NCBI GenBank assembly: GCA_041658185.1
Contig: JBBAAR010000008.1
Span: 3,723-67,722 of the forward strand
DNA length: 64,000 nucleotides
Direction: 5' to 3'
Source of the DNA: Elusimicrobiota bacterium
Lineage (GTDB): Bacteria > Elusimicrobiota > UBA8919
This document shows, in pieces, positions 41,282 through 50,913 of the stretch (position 1 is its first letter; the number at the start of each line of letters is the position of its first letter). The position numbers and the translations under genes were made by a program. Under the pieces are notes generated by a model, which had not been told where the DNA came from, did no database searches, and worked only from the letters and a program-made list of their open reading frames with translations.

Positions 41282-41935
41282 ATGAAAAGTAAATTGGTTT
41301 TATGCGTTCAGGTGTTGTTTGCGGTTGCTGTCATTTCGGGTTCGGCTGTTTTCGGTCAGGAGTTAAAAACGATAAAACTTCCCGCTCCTCAAATGAACGG
41401 CGGAAAACCTCTTATGCAGGCGTTAAAAGAAAGAAAAACCGGCAGGGAATTCAGCAATAAAAAAATTCCTGTTCAGACGCTGTCAAATTTACTCTGGGCG
41501 GCTGACGGGATAAATCGTCCCGACGGTAAGCGTACGGCTCCTTCGGCGATGAATATGCAGGAAATAGATATTTATGCGGCGATGTCGGACGGTCTTTATC
41601 TTTATGACGCAAAGCAAAATTCACTGAAAATGATTTTTTCGGAGGATATTCGCGCGTTAACCGGTTCCCAGCCGTTCGTAAAAGAAGTTCCGTTAAATCT
41701 TATTTATGTTGCGGACATTTCCAAATTTGGCAATACTCCGGAAAAAGATGTCTATCTTTACGTCGGCGCGGACACCGGTTTCATCAGCCAGAATGTTTAT
41801 CTTTTTTGCGCATCCGAGGGTCTGGCGACGGTCGTGCGCGGATACGTGGATAAACCTGCTCTGGAGAAAAAAATGAATCTGAATAAAAATCAAAAAGTGA
41901 TTCTTGCGCAGTCCGTCGGATATCCTGAAAAATAA
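41282..41935 (+). CDS. Secreted nitroreductase/SagB-type dehydrogenase-like protein
   Basis: Signal peptide. 'R.T.REF....I....LS.LLWAA.G' nitroreductase-family motif. 217 aa. Confidence 0.6.
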   Translation: MKSKLVLCVQVLFAVAVISGSAVFGQELKTIKLPAPQMNGGKPLMQALKERKTGREFSNKKIPVQTLSNLLWAADGINRPDGKRTAPSAMNMQEIDIYAAMSDGLYLYDAKQNSLKMIFSEDIRALTGSQPFVKEVPLNLIYVADISKFGNTPEKDVYLYVGADTGFISQNVYLFCASEGLATVVRGYVDKPALEKKMNLNKNQKVILAQSVGYPEK

Positions 41936-41997
41936 ATGGATGGAGTTAATAAAGAGGGCATTGCTGTAGAGAAGAAAAGCAGCCGGCCGGAGCATTT

Positions 41998-42975
41998 CTA
42001 AATCCACTTCATTTTTTTAAGTATATAATAAGCGCCAATTCCTATAAGTACCAATCCTAACGTAAAAAGTAGATACGAGAATATCCAATTCGTGTTGGTG
42101 GTACCGGTAATCATGGACCATTCGGACATCCCGCCGATTCCTGTGATAACGGTCAGCGGCATGAAAACAGTCATAATAGCTGTAAGCCGCTTGATAACAT
42201 CGTTCATTTTATAAGATGAAATTGAAAGTTGCGCATCTAATGTATCCCGCCCCATTTCGTTATATTCTTTAATCTTATTTCTGATTTTCTCGGCGTGATT
42301 GATTACATCATTGAAATACGCGATGCTATTTTCGGAGAAATATCCGTGCTTGAAACACAGGATGTCCGACAGCACTTCAATCTGGGGCAACAGAACACGT
42401 TTCATTAAAGACAAGTTTCTTTTAATCCGGTAGATGTCATTAATCGTATCATGTTCCGTAAGACTGAACACCTCTTTTTCAGTTTCATTAAGTTTTTTCC
42501 GCAAACTTGAGAGTACCGGATAGTAGGAATCAATCATAGTATCAAGAATATGCTGAACGATAAAATCAGTTCCCTTTAAAAAGTGGGGATAATTATTTCT
42601 GAATTTTTTTTTCAGCTCCGGTATGAACGGCACGGGTTTCAGGTGATTGGTTACTATGAAATTTTTCCCGACGAAAAAATCAACTTCCCAAGTTGCCACG
42701 CGAGAGTCCTCCTCATGATAGACCAGTGAATGAAAAACGCCGAACAGGTACGTATCATAATCGTCAATCTTCGGATGGTCAACGAATACTTGGCAGTCCT
42801 CCACCGTTAACGGGTGAAATTTGAACAAATCCAGAAGCACCTTTCTTGTTTCTTCCGGAGTCGGGGCATACAGGTCTACCCATAAAATCCCGGACGCTAC
42901 CGGATGTATCTTTTTTAGTTCCTCAATCGGCATCTCTCTTGTTTCTTTACCGTCATTATAAAGTATTTCAATCAT
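41998..42975 (-). CDS. corA: CorA-family divalent cation transporter
   Basis: 325 aa. Two C-terminal TM helices with a 'GIGGMSEW' (GMN-variant) loop. Cytoplasmic N-terminal domain. Confidence 0.75.
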   Translation of the reverse strand: MIEILYNDGKETREMPIEELKKIHPVASGILWVDLYAPTPEETRKVLLDLFKFHPLTVEDCQVFVDHPKIDDYDTYLFGVFHSLVYHEEDSRVATWEVDFFVGKNFIVTNHLKPVPFIPELKKKFRNNYPHFLKGTDFIVQHILDTMIDSYYPVLSSLRKKLNETEKEVFSLTEHDTINDIYRIKRNLSLMKRVLLPQIEVLSDILCFKHGYFSENSIAYFNDVINHAEKIRNKIKEYNEMGRDTLDAQLSISSYKMNDVIKRLTAIMTVFMPLTVITGIGGMSEWSMITGTTNTNWIFSYLLFTLGLVLIGIGAYYILKKMKWI

Positions 42976-42994
42976 ACGAGCACCCTCCCTATCA

Positions 42995-43942
42995 TCATTT
43001 TTCGTTAAGCCAGGCGGTTTCCAAGTCGGACATATTCTTGAATTCCGATTGATAGCCCCAGAACAACGCCTCGTCGGTGTTTTCCGTCTCGCGCAGTTTA
43101 GTCAAAAAATTATAAAACTTTTCTTTCGGATATTTTGCAAGTAAAAAGCCGGTCAGTGATTCCGCCTGAGAATACCAGATATTAACTTTTTCCGCCGTTG
43201 CGGTCTCAAAATCAAATGCCAGAAATTCGCTCAACGTCAGCCGCTTGGTTTTGTCAAACGGCGGTTTTTTTATTTTTATATCTAAATTTTTGGTTTCTTC
43301 ATACATCGCAAGCCCTTCATTTATCCATTTTGTTACCTTCGTCGCTTTTTCTCCCATAAAATCGTTGAAAATAAGATGTGTTATTTCGTGAGGTAGAATA
43401 TATGATAAATGTTTTCCTTCAAAAGTGTAAATTTTTCTGTTAGTAGCGAATCCGCCCGACCATTCCGGCCGTTTCGTGTTTTCTTTGTATGATTGTGCAT
43501 CGGGATAAATGTAAATTAAAAATCTTTCCGGCGGGTTGAAATTATAAAGGTTTGTGTCGGAAATTACCGTTCCGTAAATTTTTTCAACCTGTTGTGCGAG
43601 GTCTTTAAGCGACGGTTCGTTCGTTGAATGAACGGTAAAATGTGTTGCATAAATTTGAGATAAGCCGTCGGGTAGAGTGGGGGTGATTTCCTCCGCCGAA
43701 ACGGTGTCCGTCTTAAATCTCTGCTGCGAGTTAATCTGTTCTTTTAATGTCTGTAATTCTTCCTCTTTTTGTTTTGTGATTCTTTCGTTTTTTATATCAA
43801 TGAATTTGGAAACCGCCATCAGGAAAAACCAAAGATAAATCGCCAGAACAATTCCGATTGTTGCCAGCCAGTAAGACCGCTCTGCCGAAATGCCGAAAAG
43901 TTTCACAAAAGCGATTATACAATAAAACTTGATTTTTAACAA
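42995..43942 (-). CDS. Membrane-anchored putative zinc metallopeptidase (HExxH)
   Basis: N-terminal TM. Coiled-coil. 'ILPHEITHLIF' HExxH motif. 315 aa. Confidence 0.5.
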   Translation of the reverse strand: MLKIKFYCIIAFVKLFGISAERSYWLATIGIVLAIYLWFFLMAVSKFIDIKNERITKQKEEELQTLKEQINSQQRFKTDTVSAEEITPTLPDGLSQIYATHFTVHSTNEPSLKDLAQQVEKIYGTVISDTNLYNFNPPERFLIYIYPDAQSYKENTKRPEWSGGFATNRKIYTFEGKHLSYILPHEITHLIFNDFMGEKATKVTKWINEGLAMYEETKNLDIKIKKPPFDKTKRLTLSEFLAFDFETATAEKVNIWYSQAESLTGFLLAKYPKEKFYNFLTKLRETENTDEALFWGYQSEFKNMSDLETAWLNEK

Positions 43943-43995
43943 GTGATTTGATATAATAAAAATAAGGTTAGCAACAAGTATTCAACTACTTCCGT

Positions 43996-44032
43996 AGTTG
44001 CGAAAGTAGTTGAATAGGTTTTATTTTACCGA
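43996..44032. promoter_or_regulatory. 13-bp perfect inverted repeat in a divergent promoter region
   Basis: TATTCAACTACTT-ccgtagttgcga-AAGTAGTTGAATA between the peptidase gene (minus) and the MBL hydrolase gene (plus). Confidence 0.5.
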
Positions 44033-44048
44033 CGATAAGAGGTATTTT

Positions 44049-44888
44049 ATGATTGTCAAATTTTGGGGTGCAAGGGGTTCTATTCCTGTTTCGGGAAAAG
44101 AATATTTGAAGTACGGCGGCTCAACTACCTGCGTTGAAATCACGACGAAAAACGGCGAAACAATAATAATTGATGCCGGTACGGGTATCAGAAAATTAGG
44201 CATAAAAATCGCCGCAGAAAAAAGAAAAAATATAAATTTGATTTTTACTCACGCGCACTGGGACCATATAATGGGTTTTCCGTTTTTTAAACCTCTCTAT
44301 GCGAAAGAAACAAAAATAAAAATGTTCGGTTGTCCGTTTTCACAGGAATCGGTAAAAGATTTATTTTCCGAGACGATGCACCCGCCGTACTTTCCGGTTA
44401 ACTTCAACGATATAAAAGCGAAAATATCATATAGCAAATCATGTGAAAGAAAATTCTTGATAGACACTGTTGAAATCACGCCTATCCCGTTAAGTCATCC
44501 GAATTCCGGGCTTGGCTATAAGTTCACTGAAGACGGTAAATCGTTTGTTTTTCTGACGGATAACGAACTTACTTACAGGCACAAAGGCGGGTTGGATTTT
44601 GCCGGTTATGTCAAATTTTGCAAGAATGCGGATTTATTAGTTCACGATGCGGAGTTCACCGGGAAGGAATATAAATTCACAAAAACTTGGGGACATACCG
44701 TTTTTAATGATGCCTTGCGGCTTGCACTTTATGCCGATGTTAAAAAATTTATTTTATGGCATCATAATCAGGAAAGAACCGATATCGCATTAAATAAAAT
44801 AGTTGCCGCTTGCAGAAAGATAATAGAAAAAAGCGGAAAAAGTTTAAATTGTTCTGCTGCCCGGGAAGGGACGGAGATAAAACTGTGA
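44049..44888 (+). CDS. MBL-fold metallo-hydrolase
   Basis: 'FTHAHWDHIMGFPFF' is the HxHxDH motif. Start taken at 'MIVKFWGARGS'. Confidence 0.8.
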   Translation: MIVKFWGARGSIPVSGKEYLKYGGSTTCVEITTKNGETIIIDAGTGIRKLGIKIAAEKRKNINLIFTHAHWDHIMGFPFFKPLYAKETKIKMFGCPFSQESVKDLFSETMHPPYFPVNFNDIKAKISYSKSCERKFLIDTVEITPIPLSHPNSGLGYKFTEDGKSFVFLTDNELTYRHKGGLDFAGYVKFCKNADLLVHDAEFTGKEYKFTKTWGHTVFNDALRLALYADVKKFILWHHNQERTDIALNKIVAACRKIIEKSGKSLNCSAAREGTEIKL

Positions 44889-44894
44889 TTTTAT

Positions 44895-46742
44895 ATGAAT
44901 AAAAAAATATCAATTTATCTGATGCTTTTGATTTTTGTTTCCGTCGGAGTTTATTCCAATTCTGTTTTTAATAAATTTGCGTTTGACGATGTCCACATCG
45001 TTGAAAATAATCCGCTGATAAAAAATACGTTCCGCGGTGCAGGGTTGCTTTTCAAGAGCGAATACGGGGCGCAAACGGACTTCGCCGGAGTAAAAATTTA
45101 CAGACCTCTGGTTATGGTTTCGTATCTTTTAACAAATATTTTTTCCGGTAATAAACCTATCTTTCATCATTTAGGGAACGTAATTTTACAGACGATAAAT
45201 GTCCTGCTCGTTTTTTTTCTTTGCAAACAGTTGCTTGCATTTTTTTACAAAAAAGAAGGTTTTGAAACAGAGGCATTTTTATGCGCTTTGTTTTTTGCGG
45301 TTCATCCTGTTCACGCGGAGGTTGTAGCCGGCATTGTCGGGCGGTCGGAAATTTTAGCGGGGTTTTTCTGTTTTGTTTCGTTCCTGCTTTACATTAAAAA
45401 CAATCTTTTTTGGTCCATGGTTGTTTTTTTTCTCGCCCTTTTATCAAAAGAAAACTCCGTCGCATTGTTAGGTTTAATTTTTTTTTACGAGGTTCTTTTC
45501 AATAAAAAATTGTCAAAATCAATAATCGGTTTTTTCGGGATTTTTGTTTTCTGGCTTATTGTCAAATATTTTGCCATCGGCGGCATTTTTACCGGTAGCG
45601 AGAGATATTTCAAGGAGGGCTTGGCCGTTAGGGTTTTTACGATGAGCAAAGCGACGTTATTCTACATAAAACTTATGTTTATCCCGTATCCGTTGAACCC
45701 CGATTGGGGCTTGAGCGATATCATTTCAATTTCACAAACATTTTTCGAGCCGTTTGTCATTTTAAGTTTTTTAACCCTTGCCGCCGTGTTTTTTGCCGCA
45801 TACAAAATGATAAAAATAAATCCGGTTTTTGCATTTTCAATTTTATGGTTTTTCGCCTTTCTTTTTCCGGTGTCCAACATCATTCCAATAGGCGATTTTA
45901 TCGCCGAGAGATTTTTATATATTCCTTCATTCGGTTTTTGTCTGTTTGCCGGCGATTTGGTCCATCGTAATAAAAAACTGATAAAAATTGCACCGCTTAT
46001 TTTGGTAATTTTTTCTTTTATCACAGTGAAACAAAATACCGTCTGGAAAAACAATATGTCGCTATGGACGTACACCGCTCAAAAATTTCCGAAAAATTGG
46101 CGTGCGTTCTGGGAATTGGGCAAATGTTACCGGACTGAGAAAAATGCCGGCGATACGATAAAGTATTTCAAAAAATCAATAGCATTAAGAGAGACGGATT
46201 TAGTTCTGTATGATTTAGCGGTTGAGTTGAGAAAAAAAGGCGATTGTCCTTCTGCAATTGAGTCGCTCAACATTCTTATCGGCATTGACGGGAAAAGTGC
46301 AAAGGCGTATCTTGAAAGAGCAAAATGTTACGGTCATACAGGCAGTTATAAAGATGCCGTCTCGGATTTTCAGACCGCCGCACTTTTGTCGCCGAAAGAC
46401 GACAACATTTTTTACGAGGCCGGCAGGTTTTATATTTTAAGAGGCGATTTGTCGTCGGCAAAAAATAATTTTAAGAAAGCGGCGGAACTTAACGGCAAAA
46501 ACGCGAATGCTCTCGTGGGCGTCGGCGTATGTTTTTATCAAATGAAAAATTTTAAGATTGCAAAAAACTATTTTTCCGCTGCCCTGAGAATTGATTCTCA
46601 AAATACGGAAGCCATGTATAATCTTATAGTCGTAAATGTATCGCTTGGGAATAAGGAAGAGGCGAAATCACTTTTAGAAAAATACAAAAATCTTAACCCT
46701 GATGACCCAAAAATCAGCCGGATTGAGGCGGGTATTTTATGA
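44895..46742 (+). CDS. TMTC/DUF1736-like membrane GT-C protein with a C-terminal TPR array (paralog of 38908..41118)
   Basis: 'FAFDDVHIVENNPLI' FxxDD motif. Multi-TM. C-terminal TPRs. 615 aa. Confidence 0.7.
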   Translation: MNKKISIYLMLLIFVSVGVYSNSVFNKFAFDDVHIVENNPLIKNTFRGAGLLFKSEYGAQTDFAGVKIYRPLVMVSYLLTNIFSGNKPIFHHLGNVILQTINVLLVFFLCKQLLAFFYKKEGFETEAFLCALFFAVHPVHAEVVAGIVGRSEILAGFFCFVSFLLYIKNNLFWSMVVFFLALLSKENSVALLGLIFFYEVLFNKKLSKSIIGFFGIFVFWLIVKYFAIGGIFTGSERYFKEGLAVRVFTMSKATLFYIKLMFIPYPLNPDWGLSDIISISQTFFEPFVILSFLTLAAVFFAAYKMIKINPVFAFSILWFFAFLFPVSNIIPIGDFIAERFLYIPSFGFCLFAGDLVHRNKKLIKIAPLILVIFSFITVKQNTVWKNNMSLWTYTAQKFPKNWRAFWELGKCYRTEKNAGDTIKYFKKSIALRETDLVLYDLAVELRKKGDCPSAIESLNILIGIDGKSAKAYLERAKCYGHTGSYKDAVSDFQTAALLSPKDDNIFYEAGRFYILRGDLSSAKNNFKKAAELNGKNANALVGVGVCFYQMKNFKIAKNYFSAALRIDSQNTEAMYNLIVVNVSLGNKEEAKSLLEKYKNLNPDDPKISRIEAGIL

Positions 46743-47668
46743 GAAAATTTAAAATAGGGCTGGCTTTAGGCGGCGGCGGTGCGAGGGGAATCGCCCATAT
46801 CGGCGTGCTGAAAGTTCTTGAAAAAAACGGCGTCAAGCCGGATTTCGTTGCGGGGACATCTATGGGAGCGATTATCGGCGCTATGTATTGCGCAGGATTA
46901 TCAACGGATGAGATGGAAAAAAAAGTTGCCCTGTTTATTTCTACGGATATTTACAGAGAGCTGAAATTTGACAAAATGACATCTCCCGAATCAAAAAATA
47001 TTTTTACCGAGATATTCGGAAAAATAAAAGAGAAGTCACTTTTTTATCTCTCCGGAATTAAACCGGCGTTTCTGGAAAAAAAATCAATTGACAAAATGAT
47101 AGAGTTTTTTCTGCCGGACATTGATTTTATAGATTTGAAAATTCCGTTTGCCTGCGTGGCGGTGGATATTTTACAGGGGAAAGAGGTTGTATTCCAAAAA
47201 GGTCCTATCTGGGAAGCAGTGGCTTCCAGCATTTCAATTCCCGGAATTATGCCGCCTGTAAAATATGAGGGCGGAGTTTTGGTTGACGGCGGCGCGGTCC
47301 AAATTGTTCCCGTTAAGGTCTTGAAAGATTCCGGTTGCGATTTCTCAATAGGCGTTGATGTCAGCGCCGGACTTTTTGCTGTTTCGGAAGATGAACTGAA
47401 AAGCGCTTTTGATATCACCCATCGTACAAGTGAAATTGCACTTTCGGTATTAAGACAGATTCAAATTAAAAATGTTGATTTTTTAGTCAAGCCGGAGGTT
47501 CAAAATATAAAATGGTTTGAAATAAAAAAATTCCGCGAGTGTATTTTAGCCGGTGAAACGGATGTATTAGAGAAAATCCCGCAACTTAAAAATAAAATAA
47601 TGACAAAAAAAATAAAAACATTTTTCAGCCGTATGTTTGCTATTGACAAAGCGAAAAAAATAAGTTAA
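46739..47668 (+). CDS. Patatin-like phospholipase
   Basis: 'GGGGARGIAHIGVL' oxyanion hole. 'GTSMGA' GxSxG. 'DGG' catalytic Asp. 309 aa. Confidence 0.88.
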   Translation: MRKFKIGLALGGGGARGIAHIGVLKVLEKNGVKPDFVAGTSMGAIIGAMYCAGLSTDEMEKKVALFISTDIYRELKFDKMTSPESKNIFTEIFGKIKEKSLFYLSGIKPAFLEKKSIDKMIEFFLPDIDFIDLKIPFACVAVDILQGKEVVFQKGPIWEAVASSISIPGIMPPVKYEGGVLVDGGAVQIVPVKVLKDSGCDFSIGVDVSAGLFAVSEDELKSAFDITHRTSEIALSVLRQIQIKNVDFLVKPEVQNIKWFEIKKFRECILAGETDVLEKIPQLKNKIMTKKIKTFFSRMFAIDKAKKIS

Positions 47669-47680
47669 AATAAAAAAATC

Positions 47681-47815
47681 ATGAAACCGACTTTTAATCC
47701 GAATGTAAGAAGAAAGAAAAAACACAAAGGATTCCGCGCTAAGATGAAAACTTCAGGCGGAAGAAATGTTTTAAGCCGTCGCAGAAATAAGGGCAGAAAA
47801 AATCTGATACCGTAA
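47681..47815 (+). CDS. rpmH: 50S ribosomal protein L34
   Basis: 44 aa: [44 protein letters not shown]. Not in the ORF track (<60 aa). Immediately precedes rnpA. Confidence 0.9.
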   Translation: MKPTFNPNVRRKKKHKGFRAKMKTSGGRNVLSRRRNKGRKNLIP

Positions 47816-48198
47816 TGGGTTTATCGCGGTTAAACCGTCTGACAAAATCCGATAATTTTGCGAGAATAAAAAAATCCAAACGCTGCCGGAAATTTTTATC
47901 GGGCGGTTTTGTTTTCTATATCTGCCCGAACGGAAAAAATGTTTCCCGTATGGCCGTTGTGTGTTCTTCAAAATTAGGCGACGCCTGTAAACGCAACCGC
48001 TTGAAGCGTCTCGCTCACGAGGTTTTCCGTTTCAATCATACACGGTTTCTGCAAAACGCGGACATTATTGTAATCCCGCAAAAAGAAGTTATGCCGTCGG
48101 TAAATTACCGGTATATTGAAAAACATTTTTTAGAGGCGTTTCAAAAAGCGGGGTTTCTAAGAATGGAACCACAGATGAACGCAGATGGACACAGATAA
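47815..48198 (+). CDS. rnpA: Ribonuclease P protein component
   Basis: 127 aa. 'NRLKRL' RNR-like motif. Classic rpmH-rnpA arrangement. Confidence 0.88.
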   Translation: MGLSRLNRLTKSDNFARIKKSKRCRKFLSGGFVFYICPNGKNVSRMAVVCSSKLGDACKRNRLKRLAHEVFRFNHTRFLQNADIIVIPQKEVMPSVNYRYIEKHFLEAFQKAGFLRMEPQMNADGHR

Positions 48199-48286
48199 AA
48201 GTCAGAATTAAGAATTGGGAATTATCTGCGTAAATCGGAGCCTGCCCCCGAATGATTCTATCGGGGGTTTATCTGTGCTAAAAAGA

Positions 48287-48493
48287 ATGAAATCGCTATC
48301 GGTTTTTCTTATCAAAATATACCAGTTTTTTGCCGGACTGTTTCCGAAACAGTGCAGGTTTTATCCAAGTTGTTCCGTCTATGCCGTTGAATCATTGGAA
48401 AAATTCGGATTTTTTAAGGGATGGTTTTTAACGATAAAACGGCTTTTTAAGTGCGGTCCGTGGCATCCCGGCGGTTTTGACCCTGTGCCGTAA
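48287..48493 (+). CDS. yidD: Membrane protein insertion efficiency factor YidD
   Basis: 'IYQFF....CRFYPSCSVYAVE...G...G..L...R..KCGPWHPGGFDPVP'. Start taken at the internal Met. Confidence 0.88.
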   Translation: MKSLSVFLIKIYQFFAGLFPKQCRFYPSCSVYAVESLEKFGFFKGWFLTIKRLFKCGPWHPGGFDPVP

Positions 48494-48602
48494 AATAGAA
48501 AATCAGCGTCTAAGAAGTAATACAAATGTATCAGTTTTCAGACGACAAAATTTATTATTAAATTAAATCTTCCGACGACTAATTAAAACAAATGTTTTAA
48601 TT

Positions 48603-50138
48603 TTGAGAGAGAAAAAAATGGAAAAAAGAACTTTTTTGGCAATAATTCTGTCATTGGTAATTCTTTTCGGTTGGAATTTGCTTTTCAAACCTAAACCCCG
48701 CTTCCCGGTAGAAGCGCCCGCTGCAGCGAATACTTGTGAGGTATCGCCGGCAATATCTCCCGGGCAAAAAAACATCGCACCGTCAATCCCGTCCCAAAAA
48801 TCTGCCGCAAAATTTCAGATAGAAACGGACAAGGTGATATATGTTTTAAGCACGGACGGAGCGTCAATTGTAAATTGTTTTCTCAAAGAGGAGCGGCTGA
48901 AAGAAAAAACTACGGTTGAACTCGTATTAAACGGTAAATTATTAAACGATAAGGATACCGGCATCTGGTCAAACATTTGGGCGAAAAATCAGTCGTGCCA
49001 GGCAACTTTTGTCCGTTCAACGGGCGATTTTGATATAGAGAAAACTTTTTATTTTAGTAACAATTCACATATAGTTGATGTAAAATATACCGTCTCAAAT
49101 AAAACCAAATCCCCGAAAAGTTTTGAGGGTTTAACGCTGTCAATCGGCCCCGGGCTCGGTACCGATAAAAAAGAATTAAAGGAAAATATGAGATTATTAA
49201 GAGCAATTTCATATTCGCAAAAAAAAGTTGAAAAATTAAATGCCGGTGTCTATCAATTCCCGTCAAAGTGGGCAGGCATTGACAATAGATATTTCCTTTC
49301 AGTTTTTTTGAGGACGAATAATGACTTCAAAAATATAAAAGTTGAAAAAGCGGAAAAGTTGCCGTTAATGGAAATTTCCACCGGTAAAATTGATTTTTTG
49401 CCGTCTGAAAAAAAGAGTTTTTCAACGATTGCCTATATAGGTCCGAAGGGTTATACGCATCTTAAGGGGATAAAAGTTGACGGATTAAAACCGCAACTTG
49501 AAAAGGCGGTTGATTTCGGATTTTTCGGCGACCTCGGAGAATTAGCGCTTTCCGCGTTGAATTATATCTATAAATACACCCACAATTACGGTTGGGCGAT
49601 TTTTATAATCTCGGTAATTCTTAATATCATATTTTATCCGCTTTCTAAAAAGTCATTCACATCTGCACAGAAAATGAAATTGGTTCAGGGAGATGTAAAG
49701 GCACTTCAAATAAAATACAAAAGCGACCCGAAAAAAATGAATACTGAAACATGGGCGCTTTACAAAGCAAAGGGTGTCAATCCGTTCAGCGGGTGTCTTC
49801 CGATGCTGGTCCAGTTGCCTATTTTCTGGGCGCTTTTTACGATGTTGAGAAACGCCTACGAATTGCGCGGTGCATATTTTATGTTCTGGATAACGGATTT
49901 ATCGGCGAAAGACCCTTATTATATTTTACCTATTTTAATGGGCGGCGGAATGTTTTTGCAGCAGTGGATGTCCACGAACATTGCTGACCCGACGCAGAAG
50001 CAGATGATGATAATGATGCCCATAATTTTTACCGTGATGTTTCTCGGATTTCCTTCGGGTCTGGTTATCTACTGGCTTACAAACAGCATTGTAACGATTT
50101 TGGAGCAGTGGCTTATTTTTAAGAAAGCAAAAGCATGA
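48603..50138 (+). CDS. yidC: Membrane protein insertase YidC
   Basis: Periplasmic N-domain plus C-terminal 5-TM core ('PYYILPILMGGGMFLQQWMS', 'GLVIYWLTNSI'). 511 aa. Confidence 0.92.
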   Translation: MREKKMEKRTFLAIILSLVILFGWNLLFKPKPRFPVEAPAAANTCEVSPAISPGQKNIAPSIPSQKSAAKFQIETDKVIYVLSTDGASIVNCFLKEERLKEKTTVELVLNGKLLNDKDTGIWSNIWAKNQSCQATFVRSTGDFDIEKTFYFSNNSHIVDVKYTVSNKTKSPKSFEGLTLSIGPGLGTDKKELKENMRLLRAISYSQKKVEKLNAGVYQFPSKWAGIDNRYFLSVFLRTNNDFKNIKVEKAEKLPLMEISTGKIDFLPSEKKSFSTIAYIGPKGYTHLKGIKVDGLKPQLEKAVDFGFFGDLGELALSALNYIYKYTHNYGWAIFIISVILNIIFYPLSKKSFTSAQKMKLVQGDVKALQIKYKSDPKKMNTETWALYKAKGVNPFSGCLPMLVQLPIFWALFTMLRNAYELRGAYFMFWITDLSAKDPYYILPILMGGGMFLQQWMSTNIADPTQKQMMIMMPIIFTVMFLGFPSGLVIYWLTNSIVTILEQWLIFKKAKA

Positions 50139-50157
50139 TTCTGGAGGTCTATTTATT

Positions 50158-50856
50158 ATGAAAAATGAAATTGAGGTAACCGGTAAGACGGTAGATGAGG
50201 CGATAGAGAAAGGACTTAAAAAACTTGGAATTGACAAAAAGGCTGCCGAGATAAAAATTCTTGACGAAGGAAAATCCGGGCTTTTCGGATTGATGGGTTT
50301 TTCCCCGGCGCGAATAAAAATTTCAGTTAAAGGCGGGACTACCGCATCTTCAAAAAGTAATGAAAAAAGCGATGAAATTAGTTCCGCCCCTCCTGTAGAT
50401 TACGCTGTCATATCAAAAAATGCCGAAAAAATTATCAAAAAGATACTGGAATTAGCCGGTTTCGTAGCCAAAGTGTCCACAGGGACATCGCCTCGCGGTC
50501 TCGTCTTAAATATCTCCTGTGATGACAGCGCTATTTTGATAGGCAGGCAGGGACAGACAATAGCGGCGTTGGAATACATACTGAAACTGATATTGAGCAA
50601 ACAGGAAAGCCGCGGGGTAAGAATAACGCTTGACATAGACGGCTACCTTGAAAGAAGGAATGAAAAAATTGTCAATAAAGCAAGAGAAATAGAAGAGCGG
50701 GTAAAAATGAAAAACGAGCCGGTTGAAATAAAACTTCCGGCGAGCGAAAGAAAAATAATACATCTTACTTTGCAGGACAGTGAATTTGTTGAAACGGTGT
50801 CCGAGGGCGAAGGCGAAGACAGAAAACTTATTGTAAGACCGAAGTCGCGCCCCTAA
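50158..50856 (+). CDS. jag: Jag/KhpB RNA-binding protein (Jag_N + KH + R3H)
   Basis: 'IEVTGKTVDEAIEKGLKKLG' Jag_N. C-terminal R3H 'SERKIIHLTLQD'. Classic yidC-jag-mnmE order. Confidence 0.88.
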   Translation: MKNEIEVTGKTVDEAIEKGLKKLGIDKKAAEIKILDEGKSGLFGLMGFSPARIKISVKGGTTASSKSNEKSDEISSAPPVDYAVISKNAEKIIKKILELAGFVAKVSTGTSPRGLVLNISCDDSAILIGRQGQTIAALEYILKLILSKQESRGVRITLDIDGYLERRNEKIVNKAREIEERVKMKNEPVEIKLPASERKIIHLTLQDSEFVETVSEGEGEDRKLIVRPKSRP

Positions 50857-50913
50857 TTTTTCCGGAGTTTTACCCCATTCTAATTAAGCGGGGTTTTATC
50901 AAAGAGGTGCGGG